Below the pieces are notes generated by a model. That model worked only from the letters and a program-made list of their open reading frames with translations, did no database searches and had not been told where the DNA came from. A DNA stretch of 64,000 nucleotides, taken from the NCBI GenBank assembly GCA_001600695.1, contig BCKQ01000006.1:487937-551936 (forward strand). The letters run 5' to 3'. The position numbers and the translations under genes are program-made. Shown piece by piece: positions 1 through 11,100 of the stretch. The stretch's first letter is position 1, and each line of letters begins with the position of its first letter. The DNA is from Ascoidea asiatica JCM 7603 (Eukaryota > Fungi > Ascomycota).

Positions 1-1489
1 GATAACAAAATTGCTTGCAATTGTAAATCTTAAGATTGTAACCAAGTTTATTTAAAAGCATAAAACCATAATTACATAAAGTTATATAACTTAAAGGTAT
101 TTATACTTTTAAACTTGAAACCATAAAAGATTATTCTCAAACACCAAAAATTACACAAAAAACAATCTGTGCAATATTCAATCAAATGCACAAAACCTAA
201 AAAATGTTTTGAAGTAACAATCTGTAGAATAACTTGTTTTTTTAAATTCATTTTGCATTTTAATCAAGCCACAGTTGTTGGGGCATGCCGGATATATGAC
301 AAGGCTTTGACCTACAGATTGAGCATATTTTTAGTTCCTTTTCCGCAGATATATTACCTTGTCCAAGATATATATACAGCATAGCTATAAAAATATTTAG
401 GGCAATGCATACTAAACCCATTTATATGCAATATTGGCGCAAACGCCGAGATTTTTAAAATCCTAGTGTTAAGTTGGTAAACTGTACAAACTGTTAGTGT
501 AGCTTAGTGTTTTATTTTCGAGTGGATTTGTGTTTCTCAGTCCTCTCAAAAATATATTTAGAGATTGATTCAGGAATGTTAACGTAATGATCACACTTGA
601 ATGAATCAGAATTATAACTGTCATTTAGAATTTACTGGTCGGTTACAAATTATCAACTTACAGAAAATTATGTAAGCAGTAAAAATAATCCAATAATAAT
701 AACTTTGTCCTTTAATTATCCTGAAACTTTTGATAATTAAAAATGAAATTGAGAATGAATCAAAGCCTTCGGTTGAAATCAAAAATTAAATAATTTTTTC
801 AGAAATTTTTACTGAATCATTCCTACAAATTCTTTATCCAGTCAAAATAATTTGAGCTTATTGAAGGTGAACCAAAGTTCAAAAATCAAGAGACAAATCT
901 TGGAAATTTTTTTATGAGAAAAAGTTTTGAGTACCAAAATCAATATTGAAATTGAACATTTAAAAATGAATTTTATTTTATGTACAGTACTAGTGGTACT
1001 TTTTATTAGTTTTCACATTTTGATAATAAAATATTGAATTGAGAAAATTTATTATAATTTGACAGAAATGGTGAAATACAATAATTAAAATGATAACTAT
1101 CAATGATTATTTTACCTGATATTCAGATTTCACTAGATTAGGTGTTGGTAAGTATATTAAAGTGATTGAAAAAGAAAAAAAAAACATTGAAAGTTGGAAT
1201 ATTGGACTCGGACTTAATTTACTTGGTGAATCATTGCTTCAATTATTTGAAATATTCTGACAATATGTTAAAATAATCTTGAATCACTTAGTACAAATTC
1301 TAATTTTGATTTACAATTCAAAAAACTATATAAATAGAAACTGATATCAGTATAATTTCAATGGGACAATTTTGCAAAGTTTCTAGATCTGATTTCCATT
1401 TGATGTTAGAATTTTGACTTGACAAAACAAATGGGATAAATTTCTACAATTTTTTAATAAAAAAAATACATTTTATGTTATACTATTGC

Positions 1490-1543
1490 TATTTGAAGTA
1501 TTTGCAGTATTTGCAGTATTTGTACTATTTGTACTATTTGCAC
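1490..1543. repeat. 9-bp imperfect tandem repeat TATTTG(A/C/T)A(G/C) x6
   Basis: Units read directly: TATTTGAAG TATTTGCAG TATTTGCAG TATTTGTAC TATTTGTAC TATTTGCAC. Confidence 0.9.
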
Positions 1544-4035
1544 TATTATAATATTTTAATATTAATAGTCTTTTTTTCACGCATAACAAAGTATTTAACA
1601 AAATCTAAAAGTACCCAAAAATCTAACTCAATTTTTCAAATTGTTGTATGCACTATATAGCAGAATAATGTTATCTTTACCTTTAAGTTTTTTGGAGCGG
1701 GCCGTTCCCCCATAAAGGGATTTATCAACTTTTTTAAGAATTAAGATTTTTAAAATCCGTGTATACAAGTAGTTCTATGTTAAGATGTCTTAGTATTTGC
1801 ATAATTAGCACCAGAACAAAAAAAATTAAACACCTGGTTTTGCAGTATTAAAACTTTTTCCTCATGATTTTGGCTGTGGGCAATAACTTACCAATGAAAG
1901 TTGAAGTATAATAAACGCTAATATGCTTATATTTGCATTTATATTGGTCGCTTTCGGTATACTTATAGGTAAATATAATAACATACTTAAAAGTATTATC
2001 ACAGTTTAAAGCGTTTAGCGGCTGATTTTTTCGGTCTTGGCCGTCAAAAAATGCGTTCACCTAATGGTACAGGGCGGATATTAGCCTATAAGAGGAGACC
2101 TTTGAGGATAGCGCTGATCTTAGTGATGTAAGAACATTAAGCCTACGTAAACGTTTTGTTACATATAATCATTTTTTATCATAATGACCACTTTGTTCTG
2201 TTTCCAAGAGGAATTCCCCATACTGCACACCCAAGGTCTGCTATGGAAGTCCGATAGATTCCGCTTGCAGCGGGAATGAAGACTCTCAGATTACGGGACG
2301 GGACTCGTTGACTCGTCTTGGCCATCTCGTCTCGACTCAGCTACTCCAGAAATTCCAGCAAATTCAAAAGCTCCAGCAACGTAATTCAACTCAAATCAGA
2401 TCAAACAATACATTTATTTTTGGTTGCATGTTTATAAGGTTATATTCTAATTATGGTTACAATTAAGATTGTGAGTGTAACTGTAACTATGATTGGGATT
2501 GTGATAGTGATTTTTTTGATGATTATTATGGTAATATTGACTTTAAAGTTTCCTAGATTTAGGAGATTCTCTATTGTTGTTCCTTGAGTTACACCATAAC
2601 CAATTGTTTTGGTAAATGGTACATATTTTATAATTGCAATTTTCAAATCGTTTGATAATTCATTTGATTCATGTCTACCATGATATTTGTATTGATTTTT
2701 TTATCTTTTTAATTTTGATTCATTGTTTTTTAGAGCAAGTAATTGTTAGTATTATTGATTAATAATATCAATACAAATTTATGACCTCAGAATTCAGTCC
2801 ACAAGTTGAGAAGAATTTTGATACTATTGTAAAGTAAATGAATTTAAAACAATTTTAAAAAAAACCTTATGAGAATTGTTTGATTTTGAGTCAAATTAAT
2901 GTAAATTTGTTAAATATTCATTGAAAAACAAATAAAAAGTTATTCAAAGTTATTTTAAAACTTTTTTTAAAAGTTATTTTAAAAATTATTTAAAATTTTT
3001 GCAATTTATTTTCTCTTTCTTTAATGTTATCATTGCCAAATTACATTTAAATAATTGTAACTTAATGCCAAATGATAATTTGAATTTAGTTTGCTTTTCT
3101 CTCTCTTTTTTTTTTATTTTCTTGTAAATTTTAATTCCTATTTTATAAGAAATACTTTATTCACGCTCACTATTCAATATTTTTTTGAAATGGTTTAAGT
3201 CTTGAGTATAATTCCAGCATATTTTCTTCATAATTAACCTACTATTTTACCATACTTTTTACACTTTTAAATCTCAAAAAAGTAAATTCAATCACATTTT
3301 TATTTACAATCAAAGTTTTAATTATAAAATTTAAATCTACATCCACATTTTCATTTTCATTTTCATTTATCTACATTTACGTTTACTTTTACACTTATTT
3401 TCTTTTTCAAAATTATAAAAAAATATTTATATATAACTTCAAAATTTTCCTTTTTACAGAAAAAAGCAAGTTCTTTTTTTGAAAAACCTTAGGTGATTTA
3501 CTCAAAACTATTTTATTACTCGACTCTTAGTATTGTATTTTATATTCTCTTTTTCATATTTTATTTATTACTTTAATCAAAAGCTGATATAAAATTTGAT
3601 TAAATTAACTGAACTAGTTTTTATAACTTACTGTTTAATTGTTTCATTGAATAAAAATAGCCAATCAATATTTGGACTTTCTTCTCTTATATAAATCTGA
3701 ATCTTTATATATATATTTTTATCCCTATTTTTATATCTCTATTTCTACCTTTATCTCTATCACCAGGTCTAGATTTATTATATAATTATCTACATCTTTA
3801 TTAATTTTCAAAAATCAAATTTAAATATTATATAACTAGATATATAATTATCTAAATGTACTGTTAAAGAAAGAGTCTTAAGAAATCAAAAAATTTTAAT
3901 GTTCTCCTTTTCAAATCAATAACCTAATTTAATTTAAGAGAACTATAATATCAAATGAAATATGAAAATATTAGTAAAATAACTAAAAGAGATAAATAAA
4001 TACATAAGCAAACAATATAACAAAAAGTTCTCGTC

Positions 4036-7000
4036 ATGGATATGTTTCCATACTCAGTCTCTTCCTCAAATTCAAATAATTTAATAAATTCAAATACATC
4101 CCTTAATTCTTCATTCAATACGCTAAATTCAAATATAAATTCAAATATAAACTCAAATTTAAATTGCATAAACCAAACAAATAATAGAAATAACATAAAC
4201 TCAACTATCAATAATTTCAATGATATGAATGATATTAATAATATTAATAATATAAATAATGATAATAATAGTAATAGTAATGTAGTCTCTCAAAGTAGCC
4301 CTGTTCACCAATTAAATGATTTTCAAAATTTCCATAATTCACGTAACAATTCAAGAAATAACTCTCAAAATGAAAGTTCAAATAATTTCTTTCAACAGCA
4401 AAATCCTTCTTCATTTTATTCAAATTCAAATCAACTCTCTTTTTCTAATATACCAAATATACCAAATATGCAAAATATACAAAGTATACCAAGCATACAG
4501 GAGTTCTCTAAATATTCAAATACCTCTCCAAATACTCCAATACAACAGAATATATTGAATAATTCAAATAATGCAAATAGTTCAACTATGCAAAATTTTC
4601 AAAATTTTTCAAATATTTCTAATGTGTCAAATCTAAAAAATGATTCTAATATTGTCAATTTTTCTCCTATATCAGGATTGTTAAATTCAGATATTTCAAA
4701 TAATCAAATCAACCAGAACAATCAAAATCAAAATCAAAACAATATGAGTATGAGTATGAATATGAATGTAAATGCAAATATCAATAAAACACCAAACATA
4801 GGCATAATTGAGAATACAAATCCTAATGATTTTATAAGTAACGCCAATAATATAAATAACAGAAATAATGAAATGAATAGTATAAACAATCAGAACAATA
4901 ATCTAAACGATATTGATAGTACAATGAGTAATGTGAATCACGATATTATGAGTTATAACAATAATAATACTAATAATAATAATATTAATGCTGATACTAA
5001 TATCACTAATAATAATAATAAAATCTCTATGCCTCTTCAGTCAAATCAGTTCAATAATGTAAATCAAATCAATTCTTTAAATCCTTCAAATAATATGAAT
5101 TCTATCACTAATAATTTTCAAAACATGAGCAATGCTAATCATATAAATAATACAAATAATTTCAATAATATAAATAGTTTTGGTAGTATTGTTAATCAAA
5201 ATAATTTTTTCAGTAATCGAAGAAAAACAATTTTTCAATCTAGAAAAAAACATTCAAATTCTAAATTAGGTTGTCTTAATTGTAAACAGAGGAAGATCAA
5301 ATGTGATGAGAACTTGCCTGAATGTACAAATTGTAAAACGTATAGGAAAAAAAATAAAAAAAGATGCTCGTATTTCAGAATGTCAGATATCGAAAAAAGA
5401 AAATTTATGCAAGAGAAAGAAAAACTTCAAAAAAAGCTTAGTTTATCAAATAATGAAATAGAAAATGCTATCAATAATAGTATAAATCATACTATAAATA
5501 TCAACACAAATGATTCTAGACACAATTCTATAAATCATTATATATTTAATGATTCATTTGATATTCCTTTATCAGCTGTTAAAATGGAAATCGATAATCA
5601 GTCAATCCCAGAAGATTTACTCCAAACTGATTCAATTCTAGACAATACAATGCAAAATGAATCTATTCCTCTTAATATAATTTCAAATAATACTATAAGA
5701 AAATCTATTTCCAATAACATGTTTTCAAAAAATGAAATATCTGGGGGTTTAGCTTCAAATAGTAACATTCCAAATCAATCCCAATCTGGAATCTCAAAAC
5801 CTAATATTTTTAAAATTAAAGCTAAAGTAGTAACTAAATGTATTCCAAATGATATACACTTTTATAATACTAATATTAAGCCTCAACTGCTTTCTCCGAA
5901 AAGCAGAAACAATGTTATTTCTTCACCTAGTCCCAAGAAAAGAACTTTCAAAGTAAAAGACTATAGTAAGATATTCTCAAATAAGCTTGAAGATGGTCAA
6001 TTTAATGATTACAATTGGTTGAAATCATTCATTTTATCATCACATTCAAGTAATACTATATTTTATATTTTGCTAGAATGGAGTGCACACTATTTACAAA
6101 ATCAGTTCAAAAAGATCAATAATAGTTTATCCATATGTGATTTGAATATATTATCAAAAATGAATTTTTTTGGTCGTGTTCAAGAAAGCTTTATTTCCTC
6201 TTTAAATTGTTTTCAGCCTTCTTTAATTTCTTCAGCCATTCTCCATATAGATTCTTTTCTGAATTATCAAATAGATAGGTTGTTTATGCACGAACTTGGG
6301 TTGATGGGTATTGTTCATGACTTTTTAATGAATACTCATGGAGCTGATCAGAAAGACACAGATAAATTAATTGCCAAAAATATTTCAGAAGCTTTTTTCA
6401 GTCTAACAAAAACAATATATTATCCTTCTTATAATTACAGAATTTTATTTGAGATCATATCTCAATTAGAGTCATTTAAAAGATTTTTCAATTATCTCAA
6501 TAAGAACGAATCTTTTTTTTTCTTTAATTTAAACAAGCTCACTCAATATTTGAAAAAAATTTGTAAAGAATATCCACTGCAAAAGCTAAATATGAACTTT
6601 GTGACAGAATTGAATACCAACTTTTATTTACATCTTATTAGTGATTGGCTTTCAATCCTTCCTCCCGAAATTTTTCAATTAACAGATTTGAAACTTAGAA
6701 AAAAATCAGGTATATCTTCCTCATGTTCCAACCTAAATTATATTGAGAAAGTATTTTATAATTATTGGTTTTTAATAGGTAAAATCTTAAACCAGATATT
6801 TCCGGAAGTTCAATATTTATTTCTTGTTTCATTTACAGGTTATGGCTCCATGTTCCATCATAATAAACACATTTATGACGGTTTAGTAAATGTGAAAAGT
6901 TCTAAAGGTGATGGTAAATACAACCGGGGTTCATTTTCTATTGAGAAAAACTTATGCTTAAGGTCATTGACAAGTAAGGATTGGAGCGAGCTAAAATTGC

Positions 7001-7566
7001 ATGCTATATACTGTCTGAGAGTAGAGTCTTATTTTATGTCGAGATTGGATTTTTATCAAAAATGTATCAGTTTAAGAAATCCATATCCAGAAGGCTTCAG
7101 AGTTTCTCAAACGCAAAGATTTCAATCAAGAAAAATATCATCTTTAGAGTCGCAGATAATTGATTTCAATAAATCTCAGATAACAAAAGAAAATTTTCCA
7201 ATTTATGTCAATATTCCACCAAATCAAGATTTGCAAATTGATTTTAACCAACTGATTGCCTCTGCACTGCTTAATTCTTCTTCTCAAAGGTTAATGGATT
7301 TGAACGGTTCCTCAAATCCAAAATTGGATTTGATTATAGTGGACAGTAATTTCACTCTCAATGAATATGGACTAGTTGATGGAGTAGATTTCCATCCAAT
7401 GTTGGAAAATTTTCAAGTGCTGCATAGAGTAGTAAATCCAAAGGATATAAACGATTCATATATAGATAGAATAGAGTTGTTTAAGTATTTTGGTGATGGA
7501 AATAATGATACTCTGAATTTCAAAGAATCATTGGAAAGACTACAGGAAATGATGATAGCAGATTAG
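4036..7566 (+). CDS. Zn(II)2Cys6 transcription factor with a Upc2/Ecm22-like DNA-binding domain and a long Asn-rich N-terminus
   Basis: 1176-aa ORF containing KKHSNSKLGCLNCKQRKIKCDENLPECTNC-x10-CSY (nt 5272-5367). The HxxSKxGC..CK.RKxKCDE lead-in is typical of the Upc2-like subfamily. Exact orthology is not clear. Confidence 0.88.
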   Translation: MDMFPYSVSSSNSNNLINSNTSLNSSFNTLNSNINSNINSNLNCINQTNNRNNINSTINNFNDMNDINNINNINNDNNSNSNVVSQSSPVHQLNDFQNFHNSRNNSRNNSQNESSNNFFQQQNPSSFYSNSNQLSFSNIPNIPNMQNIQSIPSIQEFSKYSNTSPNTPIQQNILNNSNNANSSTMQNFQNFSNISNVSNLKNDSNIVNFSPISGLLNSDISNNQINQNNQNQNQNNMSMSMNMNVNANINKTPNIGIIENTNPNDFISNANNINNRNNEMNSINNQNNNLNDIDSTMSNVNHDIMSYNNNNTNNNNINADTNITNNNNKISMPLQSNQFNNVNQINSLNPSNNMNSITNNFQNMSNANHINNTNNFNNINSFGSIVNQNNFFSNRRKTIFQSRKKHSNSKLGCLNCKQRKIKCDENLPECTNCKTYRKKNKKRCSYFRMSDIEKRKFMQEKEKLQKKLSLSNNEIENAINNSINHTININTNDSRHNSINHYIFNDSFDIPLSAVKMEIDNQSIPEDLLQTDSILDNTMQNESIPLNIISNNTIRKSISNNMFSKNEISGGLASNSNIPNQSQSGISKPNIFKIKAKVVTKCIPNDIHFYNTNIKPQLLSPKSRNNVISSPSPKKRTFKVKDYSKIFSNKLEDGQFNDYNWLKSFILSSHSSNTIFYILLEWSAHYLQNQFKKINNSLSICDLNILSKMNFFGRVQESFISSLNCFQPSLISSAILHIDSFLNYQIDRLFMHELGLMGIVHDFLMNTHGADQKDTDKLIAKNISEAFFSLTKTIYYPSYNYRILFEIISQLESFKRFFNYLNKNESFFFFNLNKLTQYLKKICKEYPLQKLNMNFVTELNTNFYLHLISDWLSILPPEIFQLTDLKLRKKSGISSSCSNLNYIEKVFYNYWFLIGKILNQIFPEVQYLFLVSFTGYGSMFHHNKHIYDGLVNVKSSKGDGKYNRGSFSIEKNLCLRSLTSKDWSELKLHAIYCLRVESYFMSRLDFYQKCISLRNPYPEGFRVSQTQRFQSRKISSLESQIIDFNKSQITKENFPIYVNIPPNQDLQIDFNQLIASALLNSSSQRLMDLNGSSNPKLDLIIVDSNFTLNEYGLVDGVDFHPMLENFQVLHRVVNPKDINDSYIDRIELFKYFGDGNNDTLNFKESLERLQEMMIAD

Positions 7567-8109
7567 ACTTGAAAGTTGTGGGGATATATGTTCCTTTTTT
7601 TTTTCTGTTCAAGAACTTATTTTTGTATTTATTAGATTATTTTTGCTATGTCTACATTGTATTATGTTCCTTTAGTATGTTATTCAGTTATATATATATA
7701 TAAATTTCAAATATTCGTTTCAGATATTTTAATAGAGTTTAATTCTTTATGCATAGTAATAAAAGCAATTACATTTTGAATACAGAAATTAGAAAAACAA
7801 ACACAAAATATAAATTTATATTTCTTACAGTAAAACTATGAAAACCAAATACATATATATATATATTTATATATAAGTATTAATAAAATGCCACGAACAG
7901 TATAAAAGAAAATAGGTAAAACATACACAAAAAAGGCCTCTAAAGACGAAATGAAAAATAAAAAATAAATATTTCAACTTCAAATGAGAAGCAGCTAAAA
8001 TATACAAAAAACGACAAGTATTAAGGATTTTTACGAAGATTTACTAAAAATTATGCAACTCTTCAATGAAATCTATAATAATAGATGATAAAATATGCAT
8101 TGAGTTTGA

Positions 8110-11100
8110 TTATGCAATGGTGGACCAAGTAGCTAATGATGGAGTACTTGTAAGGAAAGATTTCGGAGCAGAAGCACCTGTATCGTTATTACTTTGATTT
8201 CTTGGCTGGAAAAGACCTTCAAATATACCATCTTTCAATTCATCCGAAATGGTAGTATATTGATCTGTGACGATATTACCAAGAACAGCAGGAGCAGCTA
8301 TCACAATAACATAAAGTAACAAAACCAAGAAATAAAGAGCACAGTATTTTCTTACCATACGTTTTCTAAGTTTTGCTTGTTTTAATGAGAAAATTGGTGG
8401 TCTAATTTGACGACTTGGCTTTAACCAAAATAAAAGCATTGAATGGAATCTATCGGCAAAAGGAATAAGTATTATAGGCAATTGCATAAATAAAATAAAA
8501 TGACCTAAAAAGAAATCAGCAGCAAATTCAGACTGTTCGATGATCTTTGCACAAAATTCACGAGCAGGTTGAGTAGCGGCCATATAACCCATACCACTTC
8601 CATACCATTTACCAGTCCAAAAGGCTGCATTAGCATGATCATGCTTGAACTCCCTAGTTAAGAAAAGAAGCGTCATAATTTTAAAAAGAACTCTTTGAAC
8701 GTAAATCATGGAGATAACACCAAGTAACATTTTTGTAAAACTGAAACCTTCTAAAACCCACATAACAATAAAAAAGACAATATGGATTATAACAGAGAAT
8801 CCATGAGCGACACCAGCCAATACAGGACCAGTTTTTTTGCAACAAACTCCCAACAATGGTCCAGCACAACATGCCATTCCCATACAAAATCCAAGAACAC
8901 CCATATTTATTACGACAGGGGCCAAAGCGCAAATAACAAGTCTTAAAGTGGAATTGATAGGGTCAGCCTTACCTCCTTTGACCCCGGTTTGAGCATTAAT
9001 GAAAGTGAAGGCAATAAATAAGAAAGCAGTAACTATAACAGTTGGAATAACATCGGCAGTTAAAATATTTGTACGATGAGCTCTAGGAGCATCACCAGCA
9101 GCTTTCTCTGAAGGTTCACCTAACAACTTACGTTTAAAACCAGTGATTCTGGAACGGGACATTTTAACATATCCAACCCAGGAATTTTTATGCCATTTAC
9201 TATTTCCTCTAGATAACCATCTGATGTAATCACGATAATCAATGAAAAAATCTTGCCATGAAAACTGATGAGGGTTAAAAACAACAGGTGGGAAAATCAA
9301 AGAACTAATTGATAACCAAAACCATAACAAAGCAGGTTGCCAATGGGAAGTCGAAGCAAATAATAACATAAACATAAGTCTAGCACCCATATAAATGGAA
9401 GATTGAGCAAAACGAGAATATAAAACAGAGAAAGGAATTCTGGAGGTTGCAAAACCACGACCGGTAGCAATATAACGAGCTCCACCAACAGATAAATCTG
9501 AAGAAATAGATGATGAATATATCTGAGCGACAAAAACTTCAAAAAGAACGGATAATGAACAAAACTGGCGTGCTAATCTAGTAACACATTTAGCTACACC
9601 CTTTTCTATTAATTCTTGGACGAATAATGGAATGAAAGATATAAAAAAAGCAATGAAAATAGAAAGAGTAAAACGTCTAACCCAATCAACTGCAGGGGAC
9701 AAATTATAACAACCACGAGGAATTTGTTTATCAGTAACAGGTGTGTCTTTATCATAGGAACAAATAATTGCTTCATGTGCAAGGGCATTTAAATTACACA
9801 AGGTAACCATGAAAAGTTGTAAGGAAAATTGAATAAACAAATTATTTACATGGAAACCAGGATGTGCATAATAGAAAGATAAGAAACGATCCAAGGGAAG
9901 TTGAGTACCAAGATAATAATATTCTCTTGACAACATTTGTTCACCCATACCAGCACCAATTTTTGTTGTGAAATTAAGAACAGAACCAAAACCCATATCT
10001 CTACCTTTACCACATTGATAATAATCACAATGCTTTATTCTTCCCCCACGTAACATGGCATTCATACCTGCATAAATATCTTCGTTAAGATGCAACCCTT
10101 TTTGGGCTTTAGAAACACCACCTCTAGTAGTCATGTATGTACCATTCAAAAAATCAGGATGACCATAATGTAATTTGCCACCAATTTGAGCTAAAATTCT
10201 GTGGAAAAGAGTACCGAAAGTTTGTTCTTTACCAGCTGCAATATCACCAAGAATACCTGTGTTTTCAGAGAAAATATATTCTCTGGCACCAACAATTGCA
10301 ACAGGATGAAAGTTTTTTTCTTCATAAGATAAACCAGGAGCATAGGGATTAGTTTGTTCAGCAGAAATTTCTTCAAACTCAGCAAGAACAGACCTAATTT
10401 TAAGACATTCTTCAAGATAGTTATCTTGATTTGCATCAACCAATTGAATATATTCACCACGATAAAAGATAATAGCATGATTTTGATTATCAGACTTACC
10501 ATCACCAATAATTGGATTACCCGATAATTGAACTCTGAACTTTGGACGACGTTTTCCATTTTCCATGATTTCACAGTGACCATCAATAAGAGCAGAATAA
10601 ATTCTTGGATCTTGACCTTCTTCTAAAGGAGGTTCTTCATCTAGATAAGCAATTTGTAAATCTGGATAGGCACGTAGTAAAAATTCTGCATTTTCAGCTT
10701 CATCAGGTTTAAATTTAGCAAATCTTTGCATACTAATGACAAATTTGAATTTTCTTCTAGCCATTCTCTCTAATTCCCTTTCCAAACCTTCAGTATTACC
10801 ACCAAAAAGTTGAACAATTTCTGGGTTTTCAACTCTGTAAAGTAATTTAATGGCTCTTGCGTAATTCATCATACCAGAAACAGTACGATATAAAGTTTGG
10901 GCTCTTAAAGATGACCAAATTCTAGTTCTAACAGTATATTCTGGTGAAGCACTTTTGAAACCAATACAATAAAATGGTAAATCATCAATTTGTGCCTTCA
11001 TATTGTTTTCATCATCTTTTTCAGGATCGGAACCAGCTTCATAAGCAGCATTTTCTTCAGCTAAAATCTTAGTATCTTTAACAAAACAGTCCCATTCAAT

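Noticed and set aside
2745-2751. TACTAAC branch-point word on the minus strand
   Set aside because: No associated exon or coherent splice-site arrangement could be identified.
3955-3999. 14-codon upstream ORF in frame with the zinc-cluster gene
   Set aside because: Short ATG-stop pairs are expected by chance in AT-rich leaders, and the transcript start is unknown.
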